DNA of 64,000 nucleotides, taken from positions 19,778,001 through 19,842,000 of the forward strand of contig JAQFVV010000006.1 of NCBI GenBank assembly GCA_028023455.1, in the 5' to 3' direction. The notes below the pieces were generated by a model. The model made no database searches, had not been told where the DNA came from, and was given only the letters and a program-made list of their open reading frames with translations. This stretch comes from Epiperipatus broadwayi (Eukaryota; Animalia; Onychophora). This document shows positions 52,866 to 64,000 of the stretch, one piece after another. Each line of letters begins with the position of its first letter. Position 1 is the first letter of the stretch. Position numbers and translations under genes: made by a program.

Positions 52866-52908
52866 TAGTTCTAAAGAAGATTGCTGGGGCAATCGAAACT
52901 ATTAGTGA
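52866..52908 (+). ncRNA. Degenerate mirror hammerhead
   Basis: CTAAAGA (G5>A) A GATTGC-TGGG-GCAATC GAAAC TATT. Perfect 6-bp helix II but core and triplet are mutated. Confidence 0.45.
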
Positions 52909-55900
52909 ATTGTAAAAAAGCATTATAAAAAATAATAAAAACCATAGATGATATTAATAACATATGGAGCTCATGTAATAATTATAGCACCAAAGTGGCA
53001 ACCTGTCACTTTATTAAAAATATCTCGTGAAACTCTATTTCAAAAAGTAGTGAATATGATTTAAAAATATACAAGATCACTTTTAAGATTATATATTACA
53101 AGAAACAAAAAGAGAATCAAGCAATATATGAAAAAAAAGCATGAATAAAAATACAGAAATAAAAATATAGAAAAAAAAAGTAGATTAAAAATGTTAAAAA
53201 GAGCAAATGCAGTAATGCAATTATAACTTAAAAATCAAGTAAGCAAATTAACAGTCAGAAGAATGACGACCTAAATAACATTTATACAAAAAAGTCAATG
53301 AACAAACAATAATAATGGATAAAAGATTAAAAGAACAAAAAACATCAGTGATAAATTAAACTATGATTTTGCAGTCTAATAAAAAGATGAAATAAATGGA
53401 CTACTACACTCTAAATATGAGAACAATATTCAATAAAATGAAAGTGAATAAGGTTTAAAATAAAAATATGAAAAAGCAGCCTTAAGAAAATAGAAAAAGT
53501 AATTAAATGTATTTGTTCAGAAAATCATTTACCATTCAAGCAGAAGTCACCAGTTGAACTTAGATACATAAATCTTAAGCTCTGAAAACTGTCACTCTAT
53601 CAATATGCTAAACTACATAGAGGAATAGACATAATATAATCTTCCCAAGAAAAATATTTAGGAAAGAAAATATAAATAAATAAACTTGGAATAATTTGCA
53701 TTAAGTGTGTATATATAAAAAAGAACCAATTGAAATAATATCTCATTATTAAACTACTTTTGAAAGATAATTTAATTAAGAAACAAAAAATATTTTGTTT
53801 GCTTGAAGGTTTGTGATAACAGCATTTTATTATTTTTTGTTGGACTATTTCTATCATTTAATATTAATAACTGAATGCCTTTAGAAAAATTTAAACTTTA
53901 AATGCATTCTCCTGTAAGTAGTAGTGCACAGGTTAGTATTGAATAGGGCAGAAGAGGATAGCTAAAGAATATAAAAAAAGATTGAAATTATCATCCAAAC
54001 TGTGGGTGAAGTAGAAAAAATGAAGAACTGGAAATAAGGCACAATCTAACAAGACATGAGCAAATTTTAAAGTTAGATATTTATTTAAAAATTCAGATGA
54101 AATATTATACAAAGTTTACTACAAAGCCCTTTATGATAAATTTTTTAAAGCCTTAAAAAAATTCAGAGCAATTACTCAAGTTTTAACAAATTTCTCATTT
54201 GGAACTCCATAAATTAATTGCATGTTAGACTATATTTGTAATGAAACACAATCTAATTAAATTTGAAATTATTTAAAGCTATACATCTAACAGATGAAAC
54301 TCTCATCTTATAACTGACATTAAATAGGTATACAATCAAGATTTAACACAATAGCAACAATGGAAACAAAAAGAATATATATAAGATATGAAAAGTATTT
54401 TTTAATAGTGCTAAAATTTATGAAAAAATAGCGTTAAAATCTTGTGGTCCTTTACCTGTCATTAAACAAATTTCACCAACTGACTCCCAAATGCAATGAA
54501 TGCTTAAATCTTGCTTGCTCATTGCTAAATTTTAAGAAGGTTCAAAATGGTTGAAATAAATTTATATTTATATTTGCTTTCATTTTTTCTTATTTGATAT
54601 AGTTTTTATAGAGAAAAGTTCAATCTCGCTTGTTCAATGATATATCTTACTGTGGTTTTAGCACAAAGACTTTTCTGGATTTACATTTGTTTCTCAGACT
54701 ATTAAAAATCAATTATTTCTGTGGCAACAAAGTTGTTGCTGTTAATCAAAGATAAACAATTATTTTTCATTCATTTTATTTTGTCTTGCATATCAGATTT
54801 AAAATTAGATTTAAGATCGAGATTAGTTTAAACATTGATTTTGATTACATGAATTTGAAACCATTAAAACAACACATTGGGAACCTTGCTACTATCACAT
54901 GATCTTCCCACATTTATTGTTTCTGGTAGAACTGTTTGTAATCCTCGAAAGCTAACCTAACAATTTCAGTCCGTTACATTACAGTACATTTTGAAATCAC
55001 TATAATTTAATCTACAAATATGACATCACCATCTTCAGATATATTGCATTAATAATAATTATTAATTATTTATTTGACTAGAGACTCTCAAATATTTTTA
55101 ACCCAAATATAAACTTCAAACGTAATTGAAAATTAACATATTATTCTTATTAAACACATAGTATTATTAGTCCTTTTTTCCCACATGTATTATCTTAGAT
55201 ATATTTAAAACTTCTATTTTACTACACACACTTTAAATACATAAATAAAAAACTCCTAAAAAAAATAAATGGCATCCAAGATATATTTCTGGCTAAACAA
55301 TCATTCTTTTGCACATCACAATTGTTCACATCTTCATTATCTTTATTTACTATTTATCAATTTCAAATTACAATTTACTTTTTTCAGATATCTTATTCAT
55401 ACATCAACTAAAACTGACAAGAATTATATAGGATCCTTCTTTCACATATAACTTTTACTTACTGTTCTAAATATAAACTTATTGTTCTAAATACAAATAT
55501 TTAATAGCAAAATGTAATATCAATATTTTTTTTAAAAAAAGCATGACCTTATTTATCTAAGTCATTAACATCATTAGCAGTCACTCACAAATACTGTCAT
55601 TTAAACTTTAGAATGAAAAAAACAAAATAAAGAGTATTTTCTTAGATATTTACAAAACTAAACAATTATTTATTTCTATTATTGCTCAAATATAGATCAA
55701 CTGATTAAAAAAAAGATATTTAATTTTGTTTAGCAATCTCAAGATTTACTTTTATTTTATCTCTAGTAATTCTGAAACAAAAATCATTCACATAAAAGAT
55801 TTTTTTAAAACTTAGATGCAATTTTTAATAACTATTTACAATTTCTTTTTTACCATATTATTTAGAGAATATAAATTGTTGTGATACTATAAAAATAAAC

Positions 55901-56692
55901 GTAACCTTTTTTCTTAACAAATATATTTTTAGCAATAAGTTAAAAATAGCTATCCACCCATCATCTTCACCCCTCTGAAGATGCACTTATTATATACTGA
56001 AAACTAAACTCTTGTTCTCCAGAATGAAATACAAACTGAAACTTAAAATATTCAATTCATTTATAAGGGCAACACACAAGCAATCTCATTTTAGATATTT
56101 ATCATTTAAATAATTACCACTTCCTCTTGTAAACAACTTATTAATACAGTTTAACTAGACAGAAAAGTTTTTAAAAATACCCAACTTTATGAATGAATGT
56201 GTGAATGCATATTCTAACCTATTTTCAACTATTTGATCTAAATTTTTACGCGTTTGTAGACAATTAGATACGGATTTATTACGAGATTAAACCAAAATTA
56301 AATGTTTGTGTTATATACGATCACTCAAGTTCAATATCATTATATATTTGTACTTAAATAAACATAAAACTTTCACATAACGGGTTAAGCAAAATATTTC
56401 ACTTATTTTTTATAAATATAAGTAAACAGAGTTGTATTTTAGGTACACATAATTCTAAAACTGCTATAAATTATTTTATCGTTTTGGTAAATATTTTCTA
56501 AAAAGCCAAATATACATTATCAACAATTGATAGGTGCGCTTTGGCAGTATGCCAAATTTAATTAAAAAATTACTATTTTAGGACAAAAAAAAGTGTACTT
56601 TAAATTATAACTATTTTTTCTATCATATTATAGTTCGTACAAATTTTAACAATAGAAAGGGGAAGGTTGAGAAAGGATGAATTTGTACTTAC

Positions 56693-57802
56693 AGTTACTT
56701 TTTTATATCTTTTACTTCCACTTCTCTGAAGACTACCTTCTTTCACGTGCACTTCATCCAAAGGTATGTCAGAACCATCAAGGCCTGATCGCATTGTAAG
56801 TTCGCTAAGTTCCAAAACCGTTTGCACTTTTAATGATACTATCTCCCCAGAATTTTTAATAAGATCTATAACTTCATCCCTGCTTTTTTGCTCTACATTT
56901 ATGCCATTCACTTCTAACAATCGGTCGCCTGGCAACAGCCCAGTTGTATTGCTCTTACCAATAGTGATAGGTTCTGCATAGAGAATCATCCGCTTTTTTT
57001 CAGTATTATCACCATAACCTCGATCAAGTATTGTTGCACGACGAAGAGAAAAACCAAAATCACCTGTGGGTTGTCGTTTAATTTCTACAAACCTTGATCG
57101 TGGTAATTTAGGAGGGCTTAATGCAGGAAGTTTGAGCTCAAAATCGAACGTTTTTCCATGCTCACCCAAGCTTTCACCAGCTGGAGTATGAGATAGAGGC
57201 GACTGAGGCGAAATTAAATTTTCACTATTATTGGTCCTTTGTAACAATATACCCGTGGAATTTAAATTAGTTTTTTTTTCTGTATTATTATGCAAAATTT
57301 TAATAGGTAAAGTTTCATTTGCTAAAGTATTTGATACCAAGACTTCAGTATCATCAATATTACCATGCACGCCTTGATTAGGAATTTCCGGTCCATAACA
57401 AGATACACCTTTTAATATTCCTCGAGATTTTGGAGGTACCGGAGGTCCCTTTGTTGGAGAATAAATCTTGCGATTTATTTCAAATTTTTTCCCAGTACTA
57501 GAACCTGGAGATGATTGTTTAGTTCGGTCTAAAGAATTAAAACTAGCTTCACTACTTTCAGTTTCAGAGCGATCCCTAAAAAGCAAACTGCCTGTAGGAC
57601 TAACATCCAATTTGTTATCTTCCAAATCTGTCCCTTTTTTTTCAAAACTATTTCTTACATATGAGCGTTTAATTTCTTCCAAACGATTCATATCAGATGT
57701 ATTCAGAGAATGTTCTCTTTCTTTATCCTTTTTCCTATCTTTCTTTTTTTCTTTTCTTTCCTTTTTATCTTTATCTCTGTCTTTTTTCATAAAGTTGAAC
57801 AT
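56693..57802 (-). CDS. MYO18A: Unconventional myosin XVIII (MYO18A/Mhcl-type), first coding exon: KE-rich N-terminus + PDZ domain (370 codons, phase 0)
   Basis: The ORF starts MFNFMKKDRDKDKKERKEKKK, like the MFNLMKKDKDK start of MYO18A. It contains the MYO18-type PDZ RQPTGDFGFSLRR...AEP...GLLPGDRLLEVNGINVEQKSRDEVIDLIKNSGEIVSLKVQ...ELSEL. A consensus GTAAGT donor follows ...KKVT at 56692-56687; the last 30 aa of the listed 400-aa ORF are probably intron read-through. Confidence 0.92.
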
Positions 57803-58210
57803 GATTAGGCTTAAATTCTTAACTTACATACAAATTATAAATAACTTAAAGTTGTAAGCAAAATACAGCTGACGCATTTTCAGCGATTCACGTAAGGCTC
57901 AGTGAAGTATACATTTGTAAACATTAACGTTGAATTTAACACAACGTTACGTTTCTAGGGTTGTTTAATAGTTCACGATGTGTCAGTGGACAAAAGAAAG
58001 TTTTTATCGCTGCTTCCGTCGTGGTAGTTTGCAGGCCTTTTTTCAATAGTTTATCCTAATGGAATAAATAATATTAAAAAATTTATTATCCTCACCGGAA
58101 TGTCAAACACTTGAGCATTGAAAATGGCGTCGTTTCATCCGGGTATTGGCGCAACTCTATTATTGATCTTTGAATTCTTATACTGTCTAGCTGAGGAGTG
58201 TCTTTAAAAT
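57803..58210. promoter_or_regulatory. Probable 5' UTR/promoter region of the myosin XVIII gene (CpG-retaining)
   Basis: Directly upstream of the ATG. CG dinucleotides are visibly dense (gacgc, agcg, cacg, acgttacg, ccgtcg, ggcgtcg, ccgg, ggcgc) against a CpG-depleted background. YY1/Pho-like AAAATGGCG at 58121-58129. TSS not determined. Confidence 0.5.
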
Positions 58211-60301
58211 AAATAGTCTATTTTCACTTTCCTACATTCTTTCAGTTTATTAAATACTTATTACCAAATAAAATGATAGTCATTTCTTTAAAAAAAATTA
58301 AATTGACAAAATAATGGATTATATTTGCATTTAATAATTAAACTGTATGCGTATAAACTTTATTAAAACTTAAAAAAAAGTTTATACTAAAATATTGAAA
58401 TGTGCGCGAATAGATTATAAATTCATTTTAAATGCGATTAATTTAAATTGAAATATTTTAATAAATCTGTTATATATTTTAATTATGTAAGCAATTTTAT
58501 TTAATACTTTATATGATATTGTTAGGAGGGAAAAAATGAAATTGTAATTATTTTTAGATTCGTGAATACAAAATTGTAATTATTTTTTCTCTTAAATATT
58601 ATAAATCATACAAACTTTTTTATATAACGCTTTCATTTATAATCTCGATCTGTAGAGAGAGTTTTCCATTCTTGAGAAAATAATATTATTGTTCTTTGAG
58701 AACAAGATAAATTTATATATATTAATGTTTATTTAGAGAGCAAGTAATCTCTTAAAAGCGCTCAGCTTTTAATTTAATAGCTTTATATAATAAAAAAAAT
58801 CGCTTTATTCTAGCTTTATTATCTGTGCAAACAGCGCATATATATATATTAGTTAGATTAAATGATTACACGAAAAAACATTAATAATGATACTTATTCT
58901 AGTTAAATAACAAATCTAAAAGAAAAAATAACCACATATCAATGCAATGTACGCACAAATAACAAAACATATATATATATATAAGAATTAATACATATTA
59001 GTCCTTTATAAATCTGCAGAAAACATACAATTTTTCAACAGAAATATCTTTAAATCCCCTTTTTCATTTCAATCTAATAACTACAATAATCGCATTTCAA
59101 TTAAATTAAATTCCCAGTGGTTGCAAAAATGTCTGATAGTGCATGAACTTGATTTCTAACATTGACTAATTTGTTTAGAAAAAGAAAAAGCTCTTTCTGA
59201 GATGTTGAATTGGATACAAACTAAGAACTCATAAAAACAAGAGTGAAGATAAGATTGTCAAAGAAGGGATCACTAAATAAGTCAAATAGTTTATTAAGCC
59301 ACAGTAACTTTACAATTAAAGAGAAAGAAACAAGAAGTAGGAGTATATATATACACATTATTTGTTAGACCTCAAGAAATAGTAATATACAGTAAAGCAT
59401 ATATATATATCATAAGATAATTTCAGTTTTAAATAAAAAGGAAAAGAATAATAATGGCAAAAATCATTCAGACTCCTGCCTTGTTTAAACTCCCAACAAC
59501 CAAGATATAGCTCTCTAATTTATTCTGGCCAGATAAAACTTGGAAATTTTTTCTGGTTCCATTCACATTTAGTCTGATCAAAGAAAGCTAGCAAATTATT
59601 AAATATTAGTTGATAAATGGGTATTTATCTATTCATAAGTAGAATGAAAATAAGAATAGAAAAAAATGCCAGTTATTGGAAAATCTTGATATTAACTATT
59701 TCCTTACTCTTCTTTGTTTAGAGAAGGGCTGTTTGGGAAAAATATTTACTCTGGAGTCAATAGCATGGCTATTGCGAAAAAAATCAAGATAATATATATA
59801 TGCATCTCAATCTTGGGAACTCCATCATTTTAAATATACTGGTATATTCAAAAAAGTATTAAGGAATATATTATAAATACTAAAAAAAAAATTTTTTTAC
59901 ATAGATGCATAAAAATTCTAGCTATGCCACTGTCTGCAGTGGAGTTTTTAAAAATATTTTATTTAATTTAATATTCAATGCACCTGGAATTTTTTGAAAG
60001 TCATTTTATATGTATATAAATCACTCAATGACACATGTTTAATTCTTGTGCAGAGAACCTATCAATAATGTACATATTATCATGACCATCAGAGATTTAG
60101 TTTATCATCATTGGTCATATTTTTGTCAAATTTATTATAATATTAAATAATTGTCTCTTTCAATATTAAAATGCATCTCATTTCATAAAAGCAAATTATC
60201 AGTATTTATAATTGTTTTTAAACATTCAAGAACAATTTTCTCTGCCCTACTCTAGTGCCTTCTATTGTAAACTTAAATAATCAATGGACATCACATTGTA
60301 G

Positions 60302-60340
60302 CCTCAGATTGGTTTCCAGCTTTTGTCTTCATCAGTGAAG
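60302..60340 (-). ncRNA. Degenerate solo hammerhead motif
   Basis: CTTCA CTGATGA agacaaaagctg GAAAC CAATC TGAGG. Helix I is fully paired; helices II and III are damaged. Confidence 0.4.
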
Positions 60341-60910
60341 TCTAGGTTTCAAAGCTGGAATTAATGCATTTAGAAGTCACTTTTTACTTCTTTATGCTAT
60401 TCAAGCTAATAACTTGATATTTAAAAAAAAATCTAAAATTTTGACCCAAACCAATTTGTGCAAAATATGTAGATCTGCAACTATGTTAATTTCTATATAC
60501 TTTGGAGATCTCCATACTTTAGAAGATATGAGAAAGTTGTGAGGTTATTGTTGATATTAACTTTAAATATTAGATGCAATTATAAACAGCAAACCAAATT
60601 TACTACTCAAGATCAAGTATTTTTTTATAAGTTAATTGATCATCTTAATGCATGGAATTATTAGTATTAAAACTTATGGATTCTTTAGCTAAACTATATA
60701 TAAAGCAAATATTTCACTGGAAATCATTAGCTCTTTTAGAATAACAACATGCACACATATTTTACTATATATTCATTTATACTTAAAAACTAGCATATAA
60801 TAATTACTTGCTCATATTTAACATCTGTATTAACTGATGAAATCAAATAAGCAGAAATTTATCTAAAAATATAGTTGGCATTACTCTAAGGATTATATTG
60901 TTTTAGAGTA

Positions 60911-61048
60911 GAGATGGATGGATAAAATCAGGAAGTGTGCTAGATGTTGGAGAAGATGAATGTGCTAGATGTTGGAGAAGATGAATTGTACTTGGAGAGA
61001 CCTTCATCCTATAGCGGAGCAATAATGGTTGAAAATAATGATGAATGA
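60911..61048 (+). mobile_element. RTE 3'-terminal fragment with a 25-bp internal tandem duplication
   Basis: gagatggatggat...acttggagagaccttcatcct...ataatggttga matches the 3' end of the large copy. tgtgctagatgttggagaagatgaa is repeated at 60936-60960 and 60961-60985. Decayed GAT-like tail. Confidence 0.85.
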
Positions 61049-61111
61049 TATATCTGATAAGTAATTATTCTCATTTTTTCTTGCATAATCTAATATATCT
61101 GATTGTGATTG

Positions 61112-61143
<32 letters not shown>

Positions 61144-61831
61144 TGATGTAATCAGCTAGCTCAAGGAGTAACTTTCTAGGATCTAAAATTTTCTAGTTAA
61201 ATTTCTGAATGAAATAGAAGAAGGACCAGTTTGATTATTACAGATAAAACTGTTCAACATTAACAGTAACTTAGTTACTGGCAACTAAACAGAAGAGACC
61301 CTTAATAAAATAACTATTCAAAAAAAGAAGAAACCATAAATATGATCAGTACCACAATTAACATATAGATACCATCAATAAATAATATTGTTGAGATTTT
61401 ATTTTATTTACTGTAAGAGACTAATTTGGGGGGAGGGGGGGAGAACTTAGCATATGGATCCGATGTAGGACAAAAATAAGTATAGACAATATCTTTAATA
61501 ATGATTCTATAGTACAGTACAAAAAAAAATCTGTAGTATGTATTTTTGTATGTATACATTTTCTTTTATTAGAGATAATCAATTAACATATATATATATA
61601 TTGTAATGGGCACACATGCTCTTACATTATTCTAATAAACAAAATTAAAAATAAAAAGTTCGCAAATAAAAATTTGTTTATAAAAATTAAAAGTCATCTA
61701 AACTCATATATATAAAATCGCACAGATGTAAAATTATTAAAAGAAAACTTTATTAAGGAAAAAAAAATATTTTAAAACTAAATTTTCAGCAAAAACTTAA
61801 AGATTTAAAGATAAAAATATATCTTTGTCAA

Positions 61832-61928
61832 GCATTGGTGGTCAAAAGGTCAGCGACAGCTGCTTTATAAGCAGTTGTCCCGGGTGAGCGGGTTCAGTTC
61901 CCGGCTGATGCTATGACACATGAGAAAA
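61832..61928 (+). mobile_element. tRNA-Gly(UCC)-derived SINE
   Basis: GCATTGGTGGT...AGCTGC.TT..AAGCAGTTG.CCCGGG[tgagcggg]TTC..TTCCCGGC..ATGC aligns with eukaryotic tRNA-Gly(TCC). Followed by a non-tRNA tail tatgacacatgagaaaa shared with 4570-4653. Confidence 0.75.
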
Positions 61929-64000
61929 TATATATATATATCTTTAAGAATGTACAAAATTTAATTACTTCTATTGTGTAAAAGACTAAAAATGGAAATG
62001 ATTATTTTTAATTAGTCTAAGTAAACTAGCCTTTGGGCATCTCAAAATTTATAATTAAAAGTCAGATAGGAGATAAAAACAATTAAGAACAGAATATCCA
62101 ATAAAATCCCTCAGGAAACACACCATAGTGAATAGTTATTGTATTTGCATGGATTAAATTCATGGGCACTGCAAAATAATTTGTCCATTTTTTTCATGTA
62201 GTATATCTGCTGTAAAAAGTAGACATACTCTCATAAATAATTAGACTGAATTAAATGTCTTTTTTTTTTTTGCAATAAAACTAAGATTATTTGTAATAGA
62301 TTCTTTTTAGTCCTGAATGCGAATTATCGAATATTCTTGATGTTACCAACCAATATTAGTAATTCAAAGTCTTGTAGAATATAATATTTCTGTAGTGTAA
62401 TTTTCACTCTCATGCAAGGTAAGGATTAGTTTATCATTTGGTTTTGGAGAAGTGTAATCATAAACATATGATCACGGGCGTAAAAAAAATATATGATCAC
62501 CAAGATGCACATTTCATGTTGAACCAGTACTCACCAGTTGGTTCAGATCAATTTATAAATGTCAAACTTACTCCTCTTACAACTTTGGCACAAACCACTT
62601 AATGGTAGTATACTAATAACTTTTTGTTAGTCATTAATTAGATTAGAGTCATCCACTTAATGAACAATATTTCTATAGCATAATTTTTACTACACCATTG
62701 TCATGCAAGATAGGGTTTTAAAACTATATAGAAACTAGTCCCCACCTTGTATGTCAGTGGTAAAGTGGAAATTATACTACAGAAATATTAGTCATTAAAT
62801 CTCTAGTTTAATGAATGACTAATAAAAAGTTATTAATATACTTCTTTTGAAATATGAATTTTTTCTACAGTACAGGCTTTTTCATACCTGCACTTATATA
62901 TGTAATATAAAGGGGGTTGAACTCAGACTTTCACACTACCTTCAACCGTCCATGCTATCTCATACTGCTGATACCCTTGATCACACACATGTCAAAAAGA
63001 TAAATAACCACCAATATATGTATTTCATGCTAAATCAGCACTCATCAGTTGGTCCAGATTATCATCTTCACACATATCTATAATCAAAGCTCAGCTTATA
63101 TTAAGATAGTCAATCTTCATACTTTAATGGACAGGCTTCAAATGTTGTAGAATATATTTCAGCAAGTATAAGACTTTTTATGTTACTATGGCAATAGTAT
63201 GAACATTTTCAGTCAATTTATCATTTTACAAATAATTTAACGTGATACCTTTTTTTTTTTGAAATGTAAAAATTGTTACCTTATAAAAATGTAGTTCAGA
63301 CAGAACCAAATTTTAAGTCTGTTTCAAAGTTTTTTATACTAACCCTGGTTAATCACTTGCATGATCATATGGCATTTAATGATAGTTTAAATTTGATTCC
63401 AGTCTTTAGTTTTTAAGTTCATCACTCTAACAATATAGGCAAACTTGAGGGCTAAAGATTTTTTGCTGAAATTCAAATGCTCTCTTTTGATACTCAAATG
63501 TCACGTGACCCCATGAACAGCTAGCTATTCAGTTAGTTGTTTTTATTTACCAATAAATATTTAAACATTAAAACATATATATATTATAAATTGACTAAAT
63601 TTATTTTTATTAAATAATTGGAAAAATAAAAAAAATTACTGATTTTTGTAATGTTAAATTTAAATAATTCAATCACTACTTTAACACAAAATAATTCCAA
63701 CTCACAGTATGTGTCTCTCAGCAACAAAAACTACAAGACTGCAGTAATTACATGGAATATCAGCATTATCCACTACAGTAAAATTACTTTTAAGCATTTT
63801 ATTCGTAGATTGCTTCTAGTCATTGATAAATGTTTTCCAAAGATTTGTTTTGCCTTTAAAAAATCAAAATTTTTCAGATATGGTTTTAGCTGACAAATAA
63901 ATGGGGGAAAAAATATCAATAACTAAATTTTGCTGCTATATATTATCTTAATTAATCAAATTATTTAATTCAATTAAGATTTGTTTAAAGTTTGAAATAA

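Larger units (their letters stand above)
50100..52966 (-). mobile_element. Long decayed Penelope-like element with an inverted pLTR fragment at its 5' end
   Basis: Minus-strand relic peptides lie in PLE order: hammerhead at 52801-52843, N-terminal basic segment at 52567-52761, EYKIASLDITELYGSI, CIPLSGIFSSIYLNHFDNKL, THYVDNVF (RYVDD-like), HPP..K..F thumb near 50260. 101-bp inverted arms 52743-52843 / 52866-52966. Confidence 0.7.

Noticed and set aside
56600-56692. Read-through PDZ-only isoform ending at 56600
   Set aside because: A consensus donor explains the ORF, and AATAAA-like signals are uninformative at this AT content.
56766-57857. Plus-strand ORFs 56766-56981 and 57468-57857
   Set aside because: They are antisense to the myosin exon.
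61832-61912. Functional tRNA gene
   Set aside because: Damaged D-arm, 8-nt insert, altered T-loop and a SINE-like shared tail.
1-64000. Most of the 60-110 aa ORFs in the supplied track
   Set aside because: They are F/I/L/K/N/Y-rich products of AT-rich DNA, or shadows of TE relics, with no recognisable domains.
1-64000. CRISPR arrays, rRNA genes, operons
   Set aside because: None seen; the sequence is eukaryotic and the direct repeats are two-copy duplications without spacers.

Overview
Very AT-rich, CpG-depleted animal DNA, arthropod-like. The only recognisable host coding sequence is the KE-rich + PDZ first coding exon of a class XVIII myosin (MYO18A/Mhcl type, minus strand, 56693-57802). 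I found no later exons of it, so most of 1-56.7 kb is probably one very large intron (inference). The rest is a layered field of decayed transposons: a near full-length but disabled RTE LINE (38995-41983) plus three 3' fragments, a full-length decayed Buster-type hAT element with TIRs and an nnnTAnnn TSD (47134-49917), a Vingi/Ingi LINE 3' end, MITEs, two tRNA-Gly(UCC)-derived SINE copies and several Penelope-like (PLE) relics. The most interesting signal is three unrelated fold-back (inverted-repeat) elements at ~35.5, ~37.6 and ~52.8 kb. Each carries a minimal type-I hammerhead ribozyme motif in both arms, pointing outwards, and they use three different compensatory versions of the core 3-8 pair (U-A, A-U, C-G). 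Several solo or relic hammerheads also occur. All folds and alignments were done by eye; no search or folding program was run.
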